From Calditrichota bacterium (GTDB lineage: Bacteria; Calditrichota; Calditrichia; RBG-13-44-9; J075): 40,338 nt of DNA. Of this stretch, positions 17,347 through 26,742 are shown piece after piece (positions within the stretch are counted from its first letter, which is position 1; each line of letters starts with the position of its first letter). The stretch spans positions 1 through 40,338 of the forward strand of contig JAGRBF010000357.1 in the NCBI GenBank assembly GCA_020434205.1, read 5' to 3'. A program made the position numbers and the translations under genes. The notes beneath the pieces are model-generated. The model was not told the DNA's origin and made no database searches. It saw nothing but the letters and a program-made list of their open reading frames with translations.

Positions 17347-19206
17347 TCACTTAACATACAGCATTTTGCCGGTAGCAGTGGCGCCCTCGCGCCGGGCGGT
17401 CTGCAATTGATAAAGGTATACGCCGGAACTTAGCAGTTTCGATGCGTCCCGCGCCGGATCCCAGGCCAGGGTTTGCTCCCCGCGTCCGTCAAAAAAGCGG
17501 GAGCTTTGATGCACCAACTGCCCGGAAAGGGCGTAGACTTTGAGGCTCACCTCTCCCGCTCTGGCCAGGTGGAAACGAATTACGGTGCCCCCGTTAAAGG
17601 GATTGGGATAATTGCCGATCAGCTCCAGGGACTGGGCGAGTTGCGGTGTTTCCACCGTTCCGATGCCGGTGACCATACCTTCTCCTTCGCGAATCACAAT
17701 GTGTTGGTTGGTCGCCAGATTGGAGACCCGGTCCACCCCGCCGCCCGGCCAGTGCACCGTAAGCAGATCGATGCGGTTGGCGGTGCCCAGACCGAGATGC
17801 ACCGGCAGCAGATTTTGCCCGAAAAACTGAGCGCCGTAATTGAGGCGGTGATACGTTTTTCCGTTGGCCTGCACCTCCACCCGCGCTCCCAGACCGTCGC
17901 GATTGGCGGCGGTTCCCTCCAGGGCCACCGAGAGCCAACTCCCACTCCCGGCGTTGTTCTGATACAGTGCAGGCTGATCGGTGAAATTGGAGATCAGGAT
18001 ATCCTCGTCCCCGTCGCGATCATAGTCGAAGGCAACCACCCCGCGGGCTTCCCGGGTATCGTCCATTCCCACTGCGGCGGCGACATTGTTGAACACCGCG
18101 CTGCCCCCGCTCAGATCGTTGCGAAAGAGGTAGTTGGGAAAAACCACCTGATAATAGCCGGTAACCACCATCAGGTCCTGATCCCCGTCATTTTCCAGGT
18201 CAAAAAAGGTGGTGCCCCAGCCCCAGCCGGCCAGATCCACCCCGCTGGTGGCGGCCTGATCCAGAAACAAGCCCTGACCGGTGTTCATGAACAGGGGGTT
18301 CACTTCGTTGCCGGTGCCCGTTTCGGTAATATTGGTGAGATAGATGTCGAAGTAGCCGTTGCCGTCGCAATCGGTTACCGCCACACCCATGCCGTGATAG
18401 GGGTTTTCCAGGCCGTAGTCCGCGGTTTTTTCCTGAAAGGTTTTGTCCCCATTATTGAGGTAAAACTTGTTGTCCCCGAAATCGTTGGCCAGATACAGGT
18501 CGATATGCCCGTCGTTATTGGCGTCGATGGGAATGGTGGTCCAGGTTAAGCCCGGGTCCGCCAGGCCGGAAGCGCCCGAAACATCGGCAAAAGTGCCGTT
18601 GCCCAGGTTCTCGTACAGGTAGTTGGCGGTATTGGGCCCGGAGCGGTAATCCGCCCAAACCCCCACATAGAGGTCCAGGTCTCCGTCCAGATCGTAGTCG
18701 AACCACAGGGCGCTGGAGCTGAGTTGGCTTTCGCTGCCGGCCACCCCGGCGGTGGCGGTTACCTCGGTAAAGCTGCCGTCTCCGTTGTTGTGAAAGAGCT
18801 GATTAAAGCCCAGGTTGGTCAGATAGAGGTCCGGAAAACCGTCGTTGTCGTAATCCCCCCAGGAGGCCCCCAGCTTATAGCCCATGGAACTGCTGACCAG
18901 CGGATTGTCGCGCCCGCGCAGGGCTTCGCTGGTCCCGATTCGGGCAAAGGTGCCGTCGCCGTTATTGCGATAGAGGCGATTCCAGGTATTCTGATCCTGA
19001 GCGGAATAAGCGGCTTTGGCCACAAAATAAATATCAAAGTCCCCATCCCGGTCATAATCCGCCACAGCAACCCCGTTGGTGGCGGTCATCTGTTGCAGAC
19101 CGGCGTTCTGGGTGCGCAGCACAAAATTTTGGGCGGCAGCCGATTTGCTCTGCAAGGCCAGGGCAGTTAGGATCAGGATAAAAAGGGGGCAAACCAAACG
19201 GTTCAT
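17347..19206 (-). CDS. FG-GAP/VCBS-repeat beta-propeller protein with ASPIC/UnbV domain (CRTAC1 family) and T9SS C-terminal sorting domain
   Basis: Seven D-x-D-x-D-G-x-x-D repeats, for example DYDRDGDFDIY, DYDNDGFPDLY and DYDLDGDLDLY. UnbV-like GARVEVQANGKTYHR...HLGLG. T9SS C-terminal domain at 17350-17622 (NYPNPFNGGT...GVYLYQLQ...MLYVK). The start is set at MNRLVCPLFILILTALA; the track ORF extends to 19269. Confidence 0.8.
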   Translation of the reverse strand: MNRLVCPLFILILTALALQSKSAAAQNFVLRTQNAGLQQMTATNGVAVADYDRDGDFDIYFVAKAAYSAQDQNTWNRLYRNNGDGTFARIGTSEALRGRDNPLVSSSMGYKLGASWGDYDNDGFPDLYLTNLGFNQLFHNNGDGSFTEVTATAGVAGSESQLSSSALWFDYDLDGDLDLYVGVWADYRSGPNTANYLYENLGNGTFADVSGASGLADPGLTWTTIPIDANNDGHIDLYLANDFGDNKFYLNNGDKTFQEKTADYGLENPYHGMGVAVTDCDGNGYFDIYLTNITETGTGNEVNPLFMNTGQGLFLDQAATSGVDLAGWGWGTTFFDLENDGDQDLMVVTGYYQVVFPNYLFRNDLSGGSAVFNNVAAAVGMDDTREARGVVAFDYDRDGDEDILISNFTDQPALYQNNAGSGSWLSVALEGTAANRDGLGARVEVQANGKTYHRLNYGAQFFGQNLLPVHLGLGTANRIDLLTVHWPGGGVDRVSNLATNQHIVIREGEGMVTGIGTVETPQLAQSLELIGNYPNPFNGGTVIRFHLARAGEVSLKVYALSGQLVHQSSRFFDGRGEQTLAWDPARDASKLLSSGVYLYQLQTARREGATATGKMLYVK

Positions 19207-19308
19207 GAACGTTTTCCGGTTTTGTGAAAAAGCAGACGGACCGGACATCCGGCCCGTCTGATCAGCCACTCAATAACCCAAAGGAAATTGGTGATCAAGT
19301 CGGCGTGT

Positions 19309-21846
19309 TTACTTCACCAGCATCATCTTGCGGGATCTGATGAAATCGCCGGCTTTAAGACGATAGAAATAGACACCGGAAGCGACCTTGCGGCCGTCGT
19401 CATCCCGTCCGTCCCACTGAATCTTATAGAGGCCGGCAACCTGATTGTGGTTTTTCACCAGGGTGCGCACCTTTTGGCCCAGAAGGTTATAGACCTGCAG
19501 GGATACTTCCGCCCGCTTGCCCAGGCTGTAGGTAATGTGGGTGCTGGGGTTGAAGGGGTTGGGATAGTTTTGAGCCAGCTCAAAACCGTCGATATGGGTA
19601 ACGTTATCCCCGATACCGGAGACCACCCGTTCCAGAACCAGCTGGGCGAAGTCGATATTCACATTATTGGCGCCGCCGATGGTGACGTTATGGGTGCCGG
19701 CGGTAAGGCTGAAATTGCCGGTCAGGATGTCGCCGCCGGCAGAGTCGCCAACCGCGCTGGTCAGTTCCACACCGGAGAGTACCGTGCTGCCGTCTACGGC
19801 AATGTCCACGAACTGGGTGCCGGCAGGAGCCTGATAGAAAACGGTCAGGCGGTAGGTGCCGTTTTGCGGTGCTTCCAGAGGCATGGTTACGCTGCCGCCG
19901 TTCAGGGCCACGGACTTAAAGCCGCGCGGGGTCCAGGGAGCGCCTTCGCCGATCAGTTCCACAATGGCGTAGTCGGTGATGTCCGGGGTGGTCAGGGTGT
20001 GCAGCACGGTGCTGGTACCCTGGGTCAGAACCTCAAAACCGCTGAAATCCTGATATCCCCAGGAGGGCTCGACGCGGATGGTGTTGGTCCCGGCCGGCAG
20101 GTTGAGCGCGTCCCCGCCTTCGATCAGGTTGCCCTGCTCGATCAGGTAGGTCTGCCAATCGGTAGACAGGTCGCTCCAGTAATATTCGCCGTAGTTGGCG
20201 TCGTTGCGGATGTTGGTACCGTTAACGATGATGCGCTGTCCGCGCTGAACGTCATTGCTGCGGGTTTCCACGGTCAGGTCCACCGTGGTTGCGGCAGCCA
20301 TGTCGAACGTCCACTCAAAATACCCGCCGCCCTGCATTTGGACATAGGCAAAACCGCTGAAGGTTTCCACGGTTGCGCCGCCGGCCAGGGTACCGTTTTC
20401 GGCATCTTCGTCATCCACCGGGATGTATTCGATGATTTCCCCGGGAATGGCTTCGATATCGGCGATGTATTGGGCTTTGTTTTGTTCGAAGACTTCTTTT
20501 TCGGTGGGGAACCAGTTCAGGTCGCCCAGGGGCAGTCCGTCCGTAGAGCCGCTTTGCAGCGCGGTACTGGTATAGGTGAAGTCTTCCGGCAAGGGCCAGC
20601 TGGGGCATACGTTACAGTCGCCGCCGCCGGGCAGTTGGGGAATTTCATACATATAGTCGGTGGCCGGGGTAATACCGGCGCGCAGATCCATGATATTGGA
20701 GATCATCAGGTTGATTTGCGCGGAGGAGAAGGTGGTATTGAGACCCGGATCGGTAAAGGAGGTGTCTTCAAACACCATCTGATCGTAGGTATTGATGTAA
20801 TCGCGCTTGGTGACGTCGTTCATCAAGGGCTGGGCGCGAATGGAGTCCGCGTAATAAGCGGCGAACAGAGGATCGCGGAAGGCATTGTTATGCGAGAAGG
20901 CGATGCGGCGGCCTTCTTCCGGTCCGTAGATGGAAGGCAGGTCGGCAATGGAGAACAGACCGGAGGCCCAAACCTCGGGATCGCGGTTGGGATTGCTGAG
21001 GTCGGCATTGCCTTCACCGTGCCAGAAACCGTTGACGATCAGGTTGTTGGTGAAGTAGGCTTCCCGCCACCAGCCGCCGGTGTTGACGCTGCGGCCCAGG
21101 TTGATGATGGTGTTGTGGTTGAAGCGGGTGTAGGAAGCCGCGCCGCCTTCCACCTGCAGGGCGGTCATCCCCACGTTGAAGAACGTACAGTTTTCCACGA
21201 TCACGGTGTCCTGATCGATCCACACCGAGGTGCCGCGCCCTTCCCACTGCTGGGTGCTGGGGCGACCAACAACGTTGCGGAAAACGCAGTCGTTGAATTT
21301 AATGGTGTTGCCCGAGTTGGTGAAAGCGACAAAGGAAAAGTTGGTGCGCTCGAAAATGACGTTCTCGAAGGTGTAATTGCGACCGGAACCGGACACTTCG
21401 ATGGGCTGGTAATACGTTTGCACCCCGTTTTCGTCGCACCCGATCAGATACAGGTTTTTCAGGGTAACGTCCCCATTACCGGTGAGCATTTTACCGTCCA
21501 CGTCCCCGTTGTCGTTGCTGACCATCTGGATGGTGGGCGGATTGCCGAACACCGGATCCCCGGGATCCCCTTTTTGCCCCACGATGCGCAGGTGGAAGCC
21601 ATTGGCTTCGATGCGGTCGTTGTTCCAGTAGAAACCGCCCCGCTCCAGCTTGTAAACGCGGTTGGCGGGATGGGTGCCGTCCGGCAGGGTGTCGCCGACG
21701 ATGGTATTGCGCAGGCTGTTTTCCAGGGGATTAATCCCGTCCAGCGACCAGGGCACATCCAGGGTGTCCAGCTGGGCGAACAGCGAACCGCCTGCCACCA
21801 TTCCCAGAACCAGGGCAGACCAAATTAGTTTGTACAGATGCTTCAT
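19309..21846 (-). CDS. Secreted right-handed beta-helix protein with two CBM-like beta-sandwich domains and T9SS C-terminal sorting domain (function unknown; glycan-binding or lyase/hydrolase candidate)
   Basis: Signal peptide LIWSALVLGMVAGGSLFAQ. PbH1-like repeats FENVIFERTNF, KFNDCVFRNV, VIVENCTFFNV, FNHNTIINLG and FTNNLIVNGF. CBM6/35-like segments ENGTLAGGATVETFSGFAYVQ...IRVEPSWGY and GTYRLTVFYQAPAG. T9SS C-terminal domain at 19312-19578 (NYPNPFNPST...GVYFYRLKAG...MMLVK). AGGAGG Shine-Dalgarno. Confidence 0.6.
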   Translation of the reverse strand: MKHLYKLIWSALVLGMVAGGSLFAQLDTLDVPWSLDGINPLENSLRNTIVGDTLPDGTHPANRVYKLERGGFYWNNDRIEANGFHLRIVGQKGDPGDPVFGNPPTIQMVSNDNGDVDGKMLTGNGDVTLKNLYLIGCDENGVQTYYQPIEVSGSGRNYTFENVIFERTNFSFVAFTNSGNTIKFNDCVFRNVVGRPSTQQWEGRGTSVWIDQDTVIVENCTFFNVGMTALQVEGGAASYTRFNHNTIINLGRSVNTGGWWREAYFTNNLIVNGFWHGEGNADLSNPNRDPEVWASGLFSIADLPSIYGPEEGRRIAFSHNNAFRDPLFAAYYADSIRAQPLMNDVTKRDYINTYDQMVFEDTSFTDPGLNTTFSSAQINLMISNIMDLRAGITPATDYMYEIPQLPGGGDCNVCPSWPLPEDFTYTSTALQSGSTDGLPLGDLNWFPTEKEVFEQNKAQYIADIEAIPGEIIEYIPVDDEDAENGTLAGGATVETFSGFAYVQMQGGGYFEWTFDMAAATTVDLTVETRSNDVQRGQRIIVNGTNIRNDANYGEYYWSDLSTDWQTYLIEQGNLIEGGDALNLPAGTNTIRVEPSWGYQDFSGFEVLTQGTSTVLHTLTTPDITDYAIVELIGEGAPWTPRGFKSVALNGGSVTMPLEAPQNGTYRLTVFYQAPAGTQFVDIAVDGSTVLSGVELTSAVGDSAGGDILTGNFSLTAGTHNVTIGGANNVNIDFAQLVLERVVSGIGDNVTHIDGFELAQNYPNPFNPSTHITYSLGKRAEVSLQVYNLLGQKVRTLVKNHNQVAGLYKIQWDGRDDDGRKVASGVYFYRLKAGDFIRSRKMMLVK

Positions 21847-21928
21847 TACAGACCTCCTGATGAGCAGTCTATGATACTGTTAATTAAGTGAGCTCCAAAA
21901 AGCTGCTGCGTCCATTTCAAACGGGCCT

Positions 21929-24898
21929 TTAGAACCTGAGCCGGGCTCCAAAGTCCATGGTGAACCCGTAATACTCGAGATAGGTCGGGTCCTCGAGGGC
22001 GTCTCCCCGAAAGTTTCGATCCTCCCTTTTGTTAAGGTTTGAGAAGTTGGCGTAGAATTGGAGATGTTTGGTCACTTTCTGCTGCAAGCTCAGATCCCAG
22101 CGGGAGTAGGCCCCGGAAAAGTTGTCCAGTTCCGATCCGCGGCGGTCGATAAACTGCAGCTTATCGGTGTTGTACAACCAGGAAAGACGGGCCGAAAAAC
22201 CCTTGAAGTCGTATCCGACCGTCATGTTGGCGATGTGCCGGGGTTGGTTGGGCATCGAGGAAACCCGGGAGCTGTCCACCACTTTGTAGCTATATACCGG
22301 AGGGCGCGGGAAAATCAGGGAATCCTGCTTGGTCAGGTAAATCGGGGTGGTGGTCTCCGCGTCGATCAGGGTGTAGTTGACGTTCAGGATCAGCCCGCTC
22401 AGGAAGGAAGGCAGATACCAGAAGTGGGTTTGCCAGTCCAGTTCCACCCCTTTGTAGGTGGTCTCGTAGGGGTTATTGATATACAAATCCGCGCTGGGAG
22501 CGGTATTCCTCAGCCAGCTTTCCGGAATATTCAAACCTTCCGGCACCGGGACCCCCAGCCGGAACTGATAGTTGGTCTGGAATATCAGGTCGTCGATTTT
22601 TTTGTGAAATCCGGAGACGGTAAACAATCCCACGTGATTCTGGTAGAGGGAAACCGAGGCGTCCAGATTGGTGGAGTGGGCCGGTTTCAGCAGCCCGTTG
22701 GCGGCCCGGATGTAGGTCTGGAAAACGTTGATCTGGGTGATCGGGGCATATTGGTTATAATCCGGCCGGGTCAGGCTTTCGGTGTAGGCCAGGCGAATCT
22801 GCACCTGGTCCGTGGCCCGGTAGCGCAGGTGCACCATGGGCAGGAAAAAGTCGTTTTTGCGCACGTTGGTGATGGTGTCCAGATCGGCCGGAGGACCCTG
22901 GGTGTTGTTGAGGGACACCTCGCGGAAGCTGTGCCCGGTGTAATCGGAACGGTCGGATTCGTAGCGGAAGCCGGGAATCAGGGTCCATTTTTTGCCCAGA
23001 TCCAGCTCGGCCATCAGGTAACTGGCCCAGAAACGCTCCTCCCCGACGTAATCCTGAGAGAGAGAGCCGATGGAGTAATCCAGAAAATCCCCGCTGTCCT
23101 GCAGGGTTTTGGTCACCATAAAGAGCATATCCTTATTGGTGGTAAAACCCAGGGGATATTCTCCGCCCAGAAAATCGTTGCGGCGGTAATTGTCCAGAAA
23201 AATGGTAATGGGCAGCAGACCGTAGGTGTCCACCAATTCTTCCACGTTCCAGTCCGGATAGGCCCCGTCCAGGTGGGAGAGCAGTTCATTGGGGCCGCTG
23301 GTATTGCCGTAGAGCAGACCGTCCCGCCCCCGCTGATTCACGTCGTTGCTGCGATCCAGCCAGCGGAATTTGCTACCGGTCCTCAGCACCCCTTTAACAG
23401 AGCTGCCCAGGTTAAAGGGCATGTTCAGATCCAACTTAAAAGCGGTCTGATCCTCCTCGCGGCGACTGTCCCACAGGAAGGCTTCCGCCAGGGCGGTGCG
23501 GCTGGTATCGTTGGTGGCCAGCAGGGGAATTTCCCGGGGATGGGTATTTTCGTCAGTATCGGTGCTGGTGTAGGCCCCGGCTTCCTGGCGGAACTGCCAG
23601 GTGTAGCGCTCCGGCTCCTTAAAGCGGGTGGCGCTGCGCGAGAGAACCGCGTTATAGCCGAAATGGTCGAACTGCTGTTCCAGTCCCAGGGCCCCGGTAA
23701 AAATGGAGGTGGTGTTTTCGGTGTCTTCGATATCGTAATAATGGCGGTTTTCCGAGGTGTTGAGACGGTTGGCGCGCAGGGAGAAATCCGAACCCAGACG
23801 GTTGTAAAAGGCGTTTCCGGTCACCTTACCCTGGGGCAGGCGGTAATCCATCAGGAAGCTGGCCCCGCTGCGACCGCGCAACAGGGACTCCTCGCGCAGC
23901 CCCACGTTGGTGGCCACGATAAAGATATCACCGGAACCGTCGGAGGCATTTTTGGTGCGATATTCCCCGGAAAATTTATCGGCGCTGCGGTTGTATTCGT
24001 CGGTGTTGAAGCTGGCGATTACCCCCAGTTTATCGTCGTAGAAACGATTGCTGATGCGGGCGTTGAAGTTGTAGTTCTTGTAATAATCCTGAAGCTGGTT
24101 ATAGCCGCCCTGGGCAGTGCCTTCCACCTTCAATCCCGAGGGAGCTTCCTTGAGTTTGAGGTCCACCACCCCACCCAAAGCGTCGGCATCCATATCCGGG
24201 GTAATGGCTTTTTTGACCTCGATCCCGTTGAGCATGTTGGAAGAGATCAGGGAAAGGTCCACGCTGCGATCGTCGGCGCCGGTGGCGGGAACCCGCACCC
24301 CGTTGACGGTTACCGTATTGTATTTGGGGGCCAGCCCGCGAATGGAGATGGTGGTGGCTTCCCCACCGGTGCGGTTGATGGCCACCCCGGGCAGGCGTCC
24401 TACCGACTCGGCGGCGTTGACGTCCGGCAGCTCCTCGATGCGCGCCTCGGAGACCACGTTGGCGATGGTGTTGGAAGCGAGCTGCTGGTTGATGGCGGAA
24501 ATCTGCCCCTCCGCCTGGGCGGTAACGTTGACCACCTCTCCTTCAATGGTTTTGAAGGTCAGCGGGACTTCCAGGCGGGTGGTTTGCCCTTCGTTAACCG
24601 TTACCGGGAGCACCTGTTTTTCATATCCCAGGTATTCGATCGACAGTTGATAATCCCCTACCGGGACATTGAGAATAATAAACACCCCATCCAGATCCGT
24701 GGCCGCGCCATAGGCGGTGCCTTCGATATAGGCGTTGGCGCCCACCAGGGGATTTTGATTCTGGCTGTCGCGGATGAGGCCGGTAATTTTACCGGTGGGT
24801 GCGGCCATCAGGCAGGATTGCAGCAAAAGCCAGAGAACGGCGAGAACGGGCAGCAGTGGGAACCGCGCCGGCGAAGCAGATGGGTAACGATTAAACAT
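21929..24898 (-). CDS. TonB-dependent outer-membrane receptor with N-terminal carboxypeptidase-regulatory-like domain
   Basis: Start set at MFNRYPSAS... (ATG at 24898, AGGAGA Shine-Dalgarno 7 nt upstream) with signal LLPVLAVLWLLLQSCLMA. CarbopepD_reg-like GKITGLIRDSQNQNPLVGANAYIEGT. Plug DVNAAESVGRLPGVAINRTGGEATTISIRGL. The barrel ends in the aromatic terminus ...GARLRF. No SusD-like gene follows. Confidence 0.85.
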   Translation of the reverse strand: MFNRYPSASPARFPLLPVLAVLWLLLQSCLMAAPTGKITGLIRDSQNQNPLVGANAYIEGTAYGAATDLDGVFIILNVPVGDYQLSIEYLGYEKQVLPVTVNEGQTTRLEVPLTFKTIEGEVVNVTAQAEGQISAINQQLASNTIANVVSEARIEELPDVNAAESVGRLPGVAINRTGGEATTISIRGLAPKYNTVTVNGVRVPATGADDRSVDLSLISSNMLNGIEVKKAITPDMDADALGGVVDLKLKEAPSGLKVEGTAQGGYNQLQDYYKNYNFNARISNRFYDDKLGVIASFNTDEYNRSADKFSGEYRTKNASDGSGDIFIVATNVGLREESLLRGRSGASFLMDYRLPQGKVTGNAFYNRLGSDFSLRANRLNTSENRHYYDIEDTENTTSIFTGALGLEQQFDHFGYNAVLSRSATRFKEPERYTWQFRQEAGAYTSTDTDENTHPREIPLLATNDTSRTALAEAFLWDSRREEDQTAFKLDLNMPFNLGSSVKGVLRTGSKFRWLDRSNDVNQRGRDGLLYGNTSGPNELLSHLDGAYPDWNVEELVDTYGLLPITIFLDNYRRNDFLGGEYPLGFTTNKDMLFMVTKTLQDSGDFLDYSIGSLSQDYVGEERFWASYLMAELDLGKKWTLIPGFRYESDRSDYTGHSFREVSLNNTQGPPADLDTITNVRKNDFFLPMVHLRYRATDQVQIRLAYTESLTRPDYNQYAPITQINVFQTYIRAANGLLKPAHSTNLDASVSLYQNHVGLFTVSGFHKKIDDLIFQTNYQFRLGVPVPEGLNIPESWLRNTAPSADLYINNPYETTYKGVELDWQTHFWYLPSFLSGLILNVNYTLIDAETTTPIYLTKQDSLIFPRPPVYSYKVVDSSRVSSMPNQPRHIANMTVGYDFKGFSARLSWLYNTDKLQFIDRRGSELDNFSGAYSRWDLSLQQKVTKHLQFYANFSNLNKREDRNFRGDALEDPTYLEYYGFTMDFGARLRF

Positions 24899-25146
24899 CA
24901 ACAATTCTCCTGTGACGTGTTGACGAGCTTTGAGAATCCGCGGGTTCGGAGGTATATCTCCGTGCTTCCTGCGGAGGGTTCCCTGGTTGCCCGAAAAAAG
25001 GTTATCCGGCAACGAGGGGATAAGGGAACTGGCGGTATCAGAAAAATTTTGATTGTCGATGCGATATGAGGGGCTGGTGGTGGCGACCGGCGCCGGGGAG
25101 GATCGTGCCCACGATTTCCCGCTGTGAAAACAGGCCCCTGCGGCTC

Positions 25147-25164
25147 TTCGAAAACGTTTTCGAA
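25147..25164. promoter_or_regulatory. Perfect 18-bp palindrome TTCGAAAACGTTTTCGAA, candidate LacI-family operator
   Basis: Verified self-complementary. The central AAACGTTT core with a CG centre matches the general LacI/GalR operator pattern. It lies in the divergent region between the TonB-dependent receptor and the LacI gene. Confidence 0.6.
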
Positions 25165-25167
25165 AAA

Positions 25168-25196
25168 AAGATAGATTGAGCAGGCAAATAAAGCAA
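25168..25196 (-). promoter_or_regulatory. Weak sigma70-like promoter candidate (TTGCTT-N17-TATCTT) placing the palindrome over the predicted transcription start
   Basis: Minus-strand read: TTGCTT (25196-25191), a 17-nt spacer, TATCTT (25173-25168), then 3 nt later the 18-bp palindrome. The hexamers match the consensus only 3/6 and 4/6. Confidence 0.25.
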
Positions 25197-25367
25197 TAGC
25201 ATTTTTTGATTTTTTTCTGAAAAAGACTCTGGAAGGAAAGCTGTAACGGCAAAAATTTTGTGAATTCTTTTATATAAAATCAAAACAAACAGTATTTTAA
25301 AAGACTTACCGCCAAACACCTTTCGGGAGAACCAAGCCTCCCTGGGCGTGAACGATGCTCCCGGACC

Positions 25368-25385
25368 TTCGAATTTTTTTTCGAA
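25368..25385. promoter_or_regulatory. Second TTCGAA-N6-TTCGAA site (TTCGAATTTTTTTTCGAA), possible autoregulatory operator
   Basis: Same hexamer spacing as the 18-bp palindrome, about 180 nt upstream of the LacI ATG. Further TTTTCGAAAA palindromes occur at 25377-25388 and 25419-25428, and a TTCGAA at 25518-25523. Confidence 0.4.
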
Positions 25386-25567
25386 AAAGGATTGCGTGGT
25401 ATTCCGAAAATGTGCTTATTTTCGAAAAAGTTTCGTAGATTCTGGCCGATTTTATGGGTACCGTGGGCTTTCGTCACCAAAAACAGCCCTGAGATCAACC
25501 CTACGACCCAAAACCGGTTTCGAAGGACCGGGATTGAGCGTTTAACTGTCCGGAAAGAGTACCCCCC

Positions 25568-26626
25568 ATGAAAAACCCGCTGACGATTAAGGATATTGCC
25601 CGGCTTGCCAATGTCTCCCAATCCACCGTCTCCAAGGCGCTCAACAACCGCCACGACGTCAGCCCCAAAACCAAAGAACGTATTCTGGAAATTGTCAGTC
25701 AGCACAATTTTATCCCGGATGCCTCCGGCAAGGCGCTCAAAAATCGCTATACCAACAACATCGGGGTTATTTTTCGCAAGGACGACAACCCCCTGCGCAA
25801 CCCCTTCTTTTCCCGGGTGCTGGAAGGCATCGAGGCGGAAATCGCCTTCAACGAATACAACCTGATCCTCTACCTGATGCCGGATCACAAAAAACCCGGC
25901 CTGCCCAAAATGGTTCAGCAGCGCCAGGTGGACGGCATTATCCTGGTGGGCACCCAGAGTCCCGATTTTGTGGACACCCTGCGCGAAGCAGGAATTCCCA
26001 CGGTGCTCATCGATCCGCGCGCCCATATCCCCAGCCGCCCCCAGGTGCTCATCGACAACGAAAACGGGGCCTTTCTGGCCACCCGCCACCTCATCGAACA
26101 CGGCCACCGCAAGATCGGCTTTATCGCCGGGGAACTCAGCATCCCCAGCTTCCAGCAGCGCCTGGACGGATACAAAAAAGCCCTCACCTATTACGGGATT
26201 CCCATAACCAAATCGCTGATCAAATGCGGCGGATATGAGGAAGGCTACCGCTTTACCCGCGATTTGTTACAGGACGCGGTAAACCGGCCCACTGCCATCT
26301 TTGCGGCCTACGACATCAACGCCATCCACGGCTATCGGGCCATTTACGAAGCCAACCTGCGCATTCCGGACGATATCAGCTTCGTGGGTTTCGACGATAT
26401 CGACCTGGCGCGCATGGCCAGTCCCCCGCTCACCACCATCCGGGTCTACAAGGAGGAACTGGGATCGGTGGCGGTGCGCAACCTGCGGTCCATTCTCCTG
26501 GGGGAAACCCCGCCCTCCACCACCTCCATCATCCCGGTAAAACTGGTGGAGCGGGATTCGGTTCGCAGCGTGGAAGTCCAGCAGGAATCCGCCCCGGCCA
26601 GGCAGGCCAGCGCCAAAAAAATCTAG
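25568..26626 (+). CDS. LacI/GalR-family transcriptional regulator
   Basis: N-terminal helix-turn-helix TIKDIARLANVSQSTVSKALNN, followed by a periplasmic-binding-protein-like sugar-binding core (VDGIILVG, HRKIGFIAG, SFVGFDD). Confidence 0.9.
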   Translation: MKNPLTIKDIARLANVSQSTVSKALNNRHDVSPKTKERILEIVSQHNFIPDASGKALKNRYTNNIGVIFRKDDNPLRNPFFSRVLEGIEAEIAFNEYNLILYLMPDHKKPGLPKMVQQRQVDGIILVGTQSPDFVDTLREAGIPTVLIDPRAHIPSRPQVLIDNENGAFLATRHLIEHGHRKIGFIAGELSIPSFQQRLDGYKKALTYYGIPITKSLIKCGGYEEGYRFTRDLLQDAVNRPTAIFAAYDINAIHGYRAIYEANLRIPDDISFVGFDDIDLARMASPPLTTIRVYKEELGSVAVRNLRSILLGETPPSTTSIIPVKLVERDSVRSVEVQQESAPARQASAKKI

Positions 26627-26742
26627 GGTTTCTCTCCGCAGCGCGGGAAGCGTCCTCGCCTTCCCACCCGCCCAGTGAACACCGTGACTATCCGGCTGAA
26701 GAGAAACCTCTTTACCACCATACTTAGCCACCGGAGCTTCAC

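Noticed and set aside
24899-25252. 118-aa N-terminal extension of the TonB-dependent receptor ORF in the track
   Set aside because: The extension crosses the AT-rich regulatory region and the 18-bp palindrome and has no signal peptide. An internal ATG at 24898 has an AGGAGA Shine-Dalgarno and is followed directly by a signal peptide.
25038-25545. Small ORFs in the divergent control region (25038-25319 minus, 93 aa; 25348-25545 plus, 65 aa)
   Set aside because: They have no Shine-Dalgarno, their composition is driven by A/T runs and the TTCGAA repeats, and they overlap the candidate operators. The region is treated as non-coding regulatory DNA.
25280-26107. 275-aa minus-strand ORF overlapping the LacI gene
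   Set aside because: It is antisense to a regulator with a clear helix-turn-helix and sugar-binding core, and its translation has no recognisable motifs.
26645-26665. Imperfect stem GGGAAG...CTTCCC after the LacI stop, considered as a terminator
   Set aside because: The stem is only 6 bp with a bulged extension and no T-run follows. It is not distinguishable from chance in GC-rich DNA.
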